Shown: piece by piece, positions 26,050 to 32,000 of the stretch
How positions within the stretch are numbered: the stretch's first letter is position 1
How the letters are laid out: every line of letters starts with the position of its first letter
Source of the DNA: Dubosiella newyorkensis
GTDB lineage: Bacteria > Bacillota_I > Bacilli_A > Erysipelotrichales > Erysipelotrichaceae
Direction: 5' to 3'
DNA: 32,000 nt
Assembly (NCBI RefSeq): GCF_001945605.1
Contig: NZ_MPKA01000042.1
Coordinates: forward strand, 1 to 32,000
Made by a program: the position numbers and the translations under genes
The notes under the pieces: generated by a model
Database searches by the model: none
Told to the model about the DNA's origin: nothing
The model's input: only the letters and a program-made list of their open reading frames with translations

Positions 26050-27069
26050 ATGAAGATTTTAGTAACGGGTGGAGCGGGTTATATTGGTTCGCATACTTGT
26101 GTTGAATTGTTGAATGCTGGTTATGATGTTGTCGTGGTGGATAATTTGAGTAATTCTTCGCCAAAAGCTTTGGAGCGGGTGGAAAAGATCACCGGAAAGC
26201 CTGTCACGTTTTATGAAGCGGATATTTTAGACAAAGAGGCGATGAAAAAGATCTTTGATCAAGAAAAGATCGATGCGGTGATCCATTTTGCAGGCTTGAA
26301 GGCGGTTGGGGAATCGGTGCATAAGCCGATCGAATACTATACTAACAATATCGCGGGCACGCTTGTGCTTTTGGAAGCGATGAAAGAGGCGGACGTGAAA
26401 AATATCATTTTCTCTTCTTCGGCGACCGTGTATGGCAATCCAGCGCAGATCCCTATTACGGAAGCTTGTCCAAAAGGCGTATGCACGAATCCGTATGGAT
26501 GGTCGAAATGGATGTTGGAGCAGATCTTGGAAGATGTCTATAAGGCAGATCCTTCTTGGAACATCATGCTTCTTCGTTATTTCAATCCGATCGGCGCGCA
26601 CGAGTCGGGCTTGATTGGAGAGGATCCGAAAGGTATTCCGAACAATTTGCTTCCTTATGTGGCGCAAGTGGCGATCGGCAAGCTCAAAGAGGTTGGCGTA
26701 TTTGGTGATGATTACGACACGCCGGATGGTACGGGTGTCCGCGACTATATTCACGTTGTTGATCTTGCGAAAGGGCACGTTTTGGCGCTCGATCAAATCA
26801 AGGAAAACGCAGGATGCAAAGTGTACAATTTAGGAACGGGGCAAGGCTATAGCGTGCTCGATGTCATCCATGCCTTCGAAAAGGCGTGTGGTCATGAAAT
26901 TCCTTATGCGATCAAGCCTAGAAGAGAAGGCGATATCGCGACTTGCTACAGCGAAAGCAAGAAGGCCAAGGAAGAGCTTGGCTGGAAAGCGCAATATGGT
27001 ATCGATGAAATGTGCGCTTCGTCTTGGAAATGGCAGTCAATGAATCCGAATGGTTATGAGAGCGAGTAA
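26050..27069 (+). CDS. galE: UDP-glucose 4-epimerase
   Basis: [15 protein letters not shown] (Rossmann fold), [15 protein letters not shown] (YxxxK) and the C-terminal ...[19 protein letters not shown]. Confidence 0.95.
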   Translation: MKILVTGGAGYIGSHTCVELLNAGYDVVVVDNLSNSSPKALERVEKITGKPVTFYEADILDKEAMKKIFDQEKIDAVIHFAGLKAVGESVHKPIEYYTNNIAGTLVLLEAMKEADVKNIIFSSSATVYGNPAQIPITEACPKGVCTNPYGWSKWMLEQILEDVYKADPSWNIMLLRYFNPIGAHESGLIGEDPKGIPNNLLPYVAQVAIGKLKEVGVFGDDYDTPDGTGVRDYIHVVDLAKGHVLALDQIKENAGCKVYNLGTGQGYSVLDVIHAFEKACGHEIPYAIKPRREGDIATCYSESKKAKEELGWKAQYGIDEMCASSWKWQSMNPNGYESE

Positions 27070-27094
27070 AGCCTAGCAAGAGGAGAGATTTATA

Positions 27095-27481
27095 ATGAAA
27101 AAAACGATGAATGAATTTAAAGAATTTATTGCCAAGGGCAATGTATTCTCTATGGCGGTCGGTGTTGTTATGGGGGGCGCGTTCACGGCAATCGTCAATG
27201 CGATCGTAGAACAGCTCATCACACCTTTGATCGGTTTGATCATGGGTGGCGTCGACTTCAGCAACCTTGCTTTCAAGGTCGGAGAAGCTTCGTTTGGCTA
27301 TGGCGCATTCATTCAAGCGGTCGTTAATTTCTTAATCGTCGCTTTGACGATGTTCTTCTTTGTCAAAGCGTTCGCGAAATTCCAGAAAAAGGAAGAGGTC
27401 AAAGAAGAGGTGAAAGAACTTCCTAGCGAGGAAGTCGTTCTTCTCCAGCAGATCCGCGATCTATTAAGCGAAAAGAAGTAA
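27095..27481 (+). CDS. mscL: Large-conductance mechanosensitive channel
   Basis: EFKEFIAKGNVFSMAVGVVMGGAFTAIVNAIVEQLITPLIG... is the canonical MscL N-terminus/TM1. GAGGAG lies upstream. Confidence 0.9.
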   Translation: MKKTMNEFKEFIAKGNVFSMAVGVVMGGAFTAIVNAIVEQLITPLIGLIMGGVDFSNLAFKVGEASFGYGAFIQAVVNFLIVALTMFFFVKAFAKFQKKEEVKEEVKELPSEEVVLLQQIRDLLSEKK

Positions 27482-27488
27482 AAAAAAT

Positions 27489-27515
27489 GGAAGTGATCAT
27501 TCACTTCCTTTTTTT
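27489..27515. terminator. Bidirectional terminator between convergent mscL and the lipoprotein gene
   Basis: GGAAGTGA (27489-27496) pairs with TCACTTCC (27501-27508), loop TCAT. A7 lies upstream and T7 downstream. Confidence 0.8.
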
Positions 27516-28314
27516 ATTTTGAATTGAGTGGTCGAGGAGATTCGTCCAAAACTTCTTCGTAGCTGCTGACATCGAATACATATTGATCGTTGCCCACTTG
27601 TTTCTTTTCGAGCGTACCGGTAAGTTCGGCAATACAACAACCAATGGTTAGTTTAGCGCCTTCTAGACGCAAACGGTCTCTTGGATCGTTGATGTTGGAT
27701 CCGCCTGCCGTTGGATAAATGATTTCATACGGTTGGTTGTTGGAATCGTAGGCAGGCGTTTGAGGAAGGGAGCCGATGATCGTGATCGTTTGGCCAACAT
27801 AATCGTCAGGGTCGCTGAGTATAGTGGCGACATCGATGGCGTCTGGTGAAGCTTCGCCAGGATTTTGGGTTTGTGTTGTGTTGCTTGTTTGTGTGCTGTT
27901 TGAAGCAGTTGAAGTATCCGTCGTTTGAGAATTATCGTTTGTTGTTGTTTGTTCATCATTCGCTGCAGCTAAATCGCTTTCATCACTGACCACGGTGATC
28001 GTAACCGTGTTGCTGGTGATATTGCCTCGTTTGGCAGAGATCGTATACGTTCCTTCTTCGGATGCGGTGAATTCCGCGTTGTCTTTATTGACTTTCACAT
28101 TGCCTCCTGAGCTAGTGAAGTCTTTATCGTTCAACTGGATATTGTCTGGGTCCGTATCGATGTGGATGTCGGCATCGGTATCAACAAGTACTTTATTGGC
28201 TTCCGGATCGAGCTGGATCGATTTTAAAGTTTCTTTTTTGTTGTTGCCATTCGAGCACGCTGTCAAAAGGACAAGAGTGCACGCTAGGCAAAGTGAAATC
28301 ATTTTTTTCATCAT
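27514..28314 (-). CDS. Lipoprotein with an Ig-like (Big_2-like) domain, a T/N/Q/S-rich linker and a C-terminal domain of unknown function
   Basis: Signal peptide with lipobox MMKKMISLCLACTLVLLTAC|S. NAEFTASEEGTYTISAKRGNITSNTVTITVV looks Ig-like. A low-complexity linker spans aa 119-151. Confidence 0.65.
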   Translation of the reverse strand: MMKKMISLCLACTLVLLTACSNGNNKKETLKSIQLDPEANKVLVDTDADIHIDTDPDNIQLNDKDFTSSGGNVKVNKDNAEFTASEEGTYTISAKRGNITSNTVTITVVSDESDLAAANDEQTTTNDNSQTTDTSTASNSTQTSNTTQTQNPGEASPDAIDVATILSDPDDYVGQTITIIGSLPQTPAYDSNNQPYEIIYPTAGGSNINDPRDRLRLEGAKLTIGCCIAELTGTLEKKQVGNDQYVFDVSSYEEVLDESPRPLNSK

Positions 28315-28436
28315 AAACCTCCATTGATTGATTCTAATATAAATCTGTTTCTTACCATGAAAAAGAAATATGACTAACGCAAAAACTATGATATCCGACT
28401 GAAAAATGAGTTAGAATATAATCTTTCTTTTTTTGC

Positions 28437-28495
28437 TTCACAAAAGATTAAATATCCGTTAAAATAAGTTCAATATTGAAATATTCAATATTGAA
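28437..28495 (+). promoter_or_regulatory. Promoter plus two tandem 12-bp palindromes (probable MarR operators)
   Basis: TTCACA (28437-28442), a 17-nt spacer, then TAAAAT (28460-28465). TTCAATATTGAA then occurs at 28469-28480 and again at 28484-28495, and each copy is its own reverse complement. Confidence 0.5.
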
Positions 28496-28508
28496 GAAAG
28501 GGAGAAGG

Positions 28509-28943
28509 ATGAAATCATTGTTTAATATTGGGATCCTTTATAAATCGATGCGTCTCTACAATGAGATGATGAAGCCATTAGCTAAAAAGCACGATTGTTC
28601 TTCGACAATGATCGATATGCTTTTGTTTTTGGGAAACAATCCGGAATATAAGTTTGCGAAAGATATCGTGGAAGTACGGGGAATCAAGGCCAATTTAGTT
28701 TCCATGAATCTAGAAAAGCTAGTCGATCGAGGCTTTGTTCGAGTGTTCGCGAGTCGAAAAGATCGTCGACAAAAAGAAATTAAAGTGACAAGCAAAGCCG
28801 AGCCGATCCTACAAGAAGGACGTTTGATTCAGAAACAGTATTTTAATTGGCTTCTTGAAGGAATCGATCCAGAAGAGAAGAAAGTTTTTTTGAATGTGTT
28901 AAAACAAATTGCGGATCATTTTGATCAGGGGGATGAAAGATGA
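28509..28943 (+). CDS. MarR-family transcriptional regulator
   Basis: wHTH: MIDMLLFLGNNPEYKFAKDIVEVRGIKANLVSMNLEKLVDRGFVRVFASRKDRRQKEIKVT. The start is set at the ATG at 28509. The track TTG start at 28476 lies inside the operator palindromes. Confidence 0.8.
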   Translation: MKSLFNIGILYKSMRLYNEMMKPLAKKHDCSSTMIDMLLFLGNNPEYKFAKDIVEVRGIKANLVSMNLEKLVDRGFVRVFASRKDRRQKEIKVTSKAEPILQEGRLIQKQYFNWLLEGIDPEEKKVFLNVLKQIADHFDQGDER

Positions 28944-29719
28944 ATGTTTTGTATTTAGTATTGGTGACTTTTTTTGCGGGCATGGGTGCTGGTTTAGGGA
29001 CGGGTTTTGCGGGAATGAGCGCGGCTGCCGTCATCACTCCAGTACTTGTGACTTTTTTAGATTTTGAACCGTATACGGCTGTTGGCATCGCTTTGTCGAG
29101 CGACGTATTGGCGAGCGCGATTTCTGCTTATACGTATGGAAAAAATGGAAACTTAGATATTAAGAATGGGATCGTGATGATGGTGAGTGTTTTGATCTTT
29201 ACGGTCGTTGGCAGTTATGTCGCTTCTTTAGTTCCGGCCCAAATGATGGGGAACTTTTCTGTACTGGTGACTTTGTTTTTAGGAATCAAGTTTATCGTGA
29301 AGCCTGTCATGACGAGCAAAGAAGCGATCAAGAGCGAAAGTGTTCAAAAACAAATCGTTCAATCGATTTTGTGTGGCGTGTTTATCGGTTTTATTTGTGG
29401 GTTTGTTGGCGCTGGCGGCGGTATGATGATGCTTTTGATCTTGACGATGATCTTAGGCTATGATTTGAAGACGGCAGTGGGGACGAGCGTGTTTATCATG
29501 GCATTCACGGCTTTGACGGGTGCTGCTTCTCATTTTTGGATCGATGGTCTTCCTCCTCTTGCGCCTTGGCTCTTATGTATTTTCTTTACGCTTCTTTGGG
29601 CGCAGATCGCGGCGAGGATCGCCAACAAGGCAAGTCCGATTCTTTTGAATCGTTTGACAGGAGTCGTCTTGGTGATCTTGGGCGTTGTCGTATTAGGTTT
29701 TGACTTTTTTGTAAAGTGA
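28940..29719 (+). CDS. TauE/SafE-family anion (sulfite/organosulfonate) exporter
   Basis: 259 aa with about 8 TM helices and duplicated G-rich motifs (GMGAGLGTGFAGMS, GFVGAGGGMMM). It forms an ATGA overlap with MarR. Confidence 0.7.
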   Translation: MNVLYLVLVTFFAGMGAGLGTGFAGMSAAAVITPVLVTFLDFEPYTAVGIALSSDVLASAISAYTYGKNGNLDIKNGIVMMVSVLIFTVVGSYVASLVPAQMMGNFSVLVTLFLGIKFIVKPVMTSKEAIKSESVQKQIVQSILCGVFIGFICGFVGAGGGMMMLLILTMILGYDLKTAVGTSVFIMAFTALTGAASHFWIDGLPPLAPWLLCIFFTLLWAQIAARIANKASPILLNRLTGVVLVILGVVVLGFDFFVK

Positions 29720-29787
29720 GATAGAAAGCATTCTATTTCTCTTTTTTTTTCGCCTTTTTTTATACTTCTTTTTTAGGAGGTTTCAAG

Positions 29788-30888
29788 ATGAGAAAAGGAA
29801 AGAACATTTATAAACGAAAGGATGGACGATGGGAAGGTAGATATATCAAAGAAAAAAGAGAAGGAAAAATAGTTTATGGATATGTGTATGGAAAGTCGTA
29901 TCAAGAAGCTTTGCAGAAAAAGATGGCAGAGGAAAAACATAGTAAAAAGAAAATGATAATAGCGAAGAATGAGTTTGAACAACTATGTTATGATTGGCTT
30001 GAGCGAAAGAGCGATCAAGTCAAGCTTTCATCGATCAATAAGTACGAAAGCATTCTTCATGCCCATATCTTGCCTTTTTTTAAAAGTCACAATCTAGAGG
30101 CGATCACCGACCATACGATCGAAGAATTTCGTAAAGCTTTGCAAGAAAAAAATTTGAGCTCGAAGACGAGGCAAGATATTTTTGTGGTGCTTCGTTCGAT
30201 CTTATTTTTTGCGTCAAAGGAATTTTCTGAATTGAAGCAGCTCGATATTCAAATTCCAAAGTGCGAAAAGAAAAGCGCAGATCGTCTTTCGATCCATGAA
30301 CAAAAAAAGTTTATTCAATATTTATATATGGATATGGATCGGATCAAGTTTGGAACATACTTAGCGCTCATGACAGGTTTGAGGATCGGGGAATTGTGCG
30401 CTTTGAAATGGAAAGACATCGTTTTGGAGGAGTCGTATCTTTCGATTCATAATACGATGATTCGTTTAAAAAGTCCTTCGATTTCAGAAACGAAGACGAG
30501 GGTGTTTATTTATCCGCCCAAGAGTCGATCGTCGATTCGAACGATTCCTCTTTCTCCAGATATGGTCGATTTGTGCATGAAATTTAAAGTGAATGACGAG
30601 GAAGCTTATGTTTTAACGGGGTCGAGTTCTAGTTTTATGGAGCCTAGAGTGTTGTCGAATCATATCAAGCAGTTTCAGCTGGATTGTGGTTTGGATTCGC
30701 TTCATTTTCATACGTTTCGGCATTCGTTCGCGACACGGTGCCTAGAGTCGGGCATGGATGTGAAGTCGTTGTCGGAGGTGCTTGGACATTCATCGTGCAA
30801 GATCACTTTGGATACGTATGTTCATGTTTCGATGGATCTAAAAAGACAAGGAATGTTGCAGATGGAAAGAAAGGTGATGCTGAGGTAA
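29788..30888 (+). CDS. Tyrosine-type site-specific integrase/recombinase
   Basis: N-terminal arm-binding-like segment (IYKRKDGRWEGRYI...GYVYGKSYQEA). Catalytic region with LMTGLRIGELCAL (Arg), HFHTFRHSFATRCL (H-x-x-R) and LGHSSCKITLDTYVH (His/Tyr). AGGAGG lies 7 nt before the ATG. Confidence 0.9.
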   Translation: MRKGKNIYKRKDGRWEGRYIKEKREGKIVYGYVYGKSYQEALQKKMAEEKHSKKKMIIAKNEFEQLCYDWLERKSDQVKLSSINKYESILHAHILPFFKSHNLEAITDHTIEEFRKALQEKNLSSKTRQDIFVVLRSILFFASKEFSELKQLDIQIPKCEKKSADRLSIHEQKKFIQYLYMDMDRIKFGTYLALMTGLRIGELCALKWKDIVLEESYLSIHNTMIRLKSPSISETKTRVFIYPPKSRSSIRTIPLSPDMVDLCMKFKVNDEEAYVLTGSSSSFMEPRVLSNHIKQFQLDCGLDSLHFHTFRHSFATRCLESGMDVKSLSEVLGHSSCKITLDTYVHVSMDLKRQGMLQMERKVMLR

Positions 30889-30940
30889 GTCGATGTTTCG
30901 ACTTTTTTTAATATAAAAATATTTATATAATAAATTTATC

Positions 30941-32000
30941 ATGAAAGAGAAAAGAGAAATCAAATTGTTTGAGTATCCATTTTCATATGATGGATTGATA
31001 GAAATTCGAGGCAATGGGTTTGGCGTAAATTGGCCGCTTGTTTATATCATTCATAATGAAAAAGAGGCTTATATTGGAGAAACATCGAATTCGTTGAAGC
31101 GGACGAAAAACCATCTTGATTCCAAGAATAAAAAGCATTTGAAACAAATCGTATTGATTTGTGACGAAAGGTTCAACAAATCGGCGATTTTAGATATCGA
31201 ACATTTATTGATCGATTATATGAATGCGGATCAAAAATATAAACTTTTGAATTTGAATAATGGACAGAGTCTTGATCATGATTATTATCAAAAGCAGCTC
31301 TACGTGAATATGATCGATTCGATTTGGAAAGAGCTAAGAAAAAAGGAGATCGTTCAAAATGAGCTAAATGTGCTTAGAAATTCAGATCTTTTCAAGTTCT
31401 CTCCGTATAAAACGCTAAACTCGCAACAATATGAGATTTCAGAAGCAATTTTGGATCGAATAACCATGGAATACAGCTCTGATAAAAAGATCCCTTTTAT
31501 TATAGAAGGATCAGCAGGTACGGGAAAAACAATCTTGGCTGTCTACATCATGAAAAAGCTTAGCGAATATATTCGTTATACTTATAATCTTGCGGATCTA
31601 GAGGATGAAGATGAGGAAGATCAAGCTTTTCAATATCACAGAACGGTTTTGAAAAATAGAGATTTTACTTTCGCGATCGTTATTCCACAAACATCTTTAC
31701 GAAAGACTTTAAAAAGAGTTTTTAGAAGGATCGCAGGCCTCAAGGCATCCATGGTGCTTGGACCTATGGACGTTACAAAGAAAAAATACGATCTTCTGAT
31801 CGTCGATGAAGCGCATAGGCTCACTTCATCTCGAGGAATCACGAACATCAAAGCATTTTATAATGCGAACGAGAAATTAGGCTTTAATCGAAAAAAAGGA
31901 AACCAGCTCGATTGGATCCTTCATCAAAGTCGTTTTCAAATCTTGTTTTATGATCCTACGCAAAGTGTACGGCCTTCTGATTTGGATCGATCATTTTTTA
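30941..32000 (+). CDS. GIY-YIG nuclease domain fused to a DUF2075 / Schlafen-group-III-like P-loop helicase domain; the 3' end lies beyond the window
   Basis: This ORF is absent from the supplied track because it has no stop: I translated 353 codons from the ATG at 30941 to the window end without meeting one. Motifs: VYIIHNEKEAYIGETSNSLKRTKNH (GIY-x8-YIG-...R), Walker A EGSAGTGKT (about 31508-31531) and a DEAH-like Walker B LLIVDEAHRL (about 31796-31822). Confidence 0.7.
   Translation, partial: MKEKREIKLFEYPFSYDGLIEIRGNGFGVNWPLVYIIHNEKEAYIGETSNSLKRTKNHLDSKNKKHLKQIVLICDERFNKSAILDIEHLLIDYMNADQKYKLLNLNNGQSLDHDYYQKQLYVNMIDSIWKELRKKEIVQNELNVLRNSDLFKFSPYKTLNSQQYEISEAILDRITMEYSSDKKIPFIIEGSAGTGKTILAVYIMKKLSEYIRYTYNLADLEDEDEEDQAFQYHRTVLKNRDFTFAIVIPQTSLRKTLKRVFRRIAGLKASMVLGPMDVTKKKYDLLIVDEAHRLTSSRGITNIKAFYNANEKLGFNRKKGNQLDWILHQSRFQILFYDPTQSVRPSDLDRSFF

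Larger units (their letters stand above)
29720..32000 (+). mobile_element. Possible left edge of an integrated element (integrase plus cargo), continuing beyond the window
   Basis: A tyrosine integrase gene follows a T-rich spacer directly after a housekeeping-type gene, and is followed by a nuclease-helicase cargo gene. No att repeat can be identified within the window. Confidence 0.35.

Overview
The window looks like a densely packed chromosomal segment of a low-GC Gram-positive bacterium (Bacillota). I cannot assign a genus. About 33 CDSs, one tRNA and two decayed genes fill almost all of it, and no gap exceeds roughly 260 nt.

Most of the content is housekeeping or ordinary accessory metabolism:
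- cold-shock protein, signal peptidase I, gltX, galE, mscL, an MscS-type channel and aminopeptidase P
- an ABC-F ATPase and two GH1 6-phospho-beta-glucosidases
- a SASA/GDSL-type O-acetylesterase and a Cof-type HAD phosphatase
- two MarR two-gene operons and one GntR regulator

The accessory features are:
- a complete Bce-type peptide-antibiotic module (response regulator, kinase, ABC ATPase, FtsX permease) at 1951-6239
- an Rpn-family nuclease fragment at the left edge
- a decayed SIS-domain gene, and a LytTR regulator split by a homopolymer frameshift
- at the right edge, a tyrosine integrase followed by a GIY-YIG + DUF2075/Schlafen-type P-loop helicase ORF that runs off the window

I did not find a convincing complete, previously undescribed multi-gene system inside the window. 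The best candidate is the integrase-linked nuclease-helicase gene at 30941-32000, which is truncated by the window end.

The most striking signal outside the gene content is a large excess of the tetranucleotide GATC across coding and non-coding sequence on both strands. No CRISPR array, rRNA, IS element or long repeat was seen. All functional calls rest on motif recognition by eye; no searches were run.
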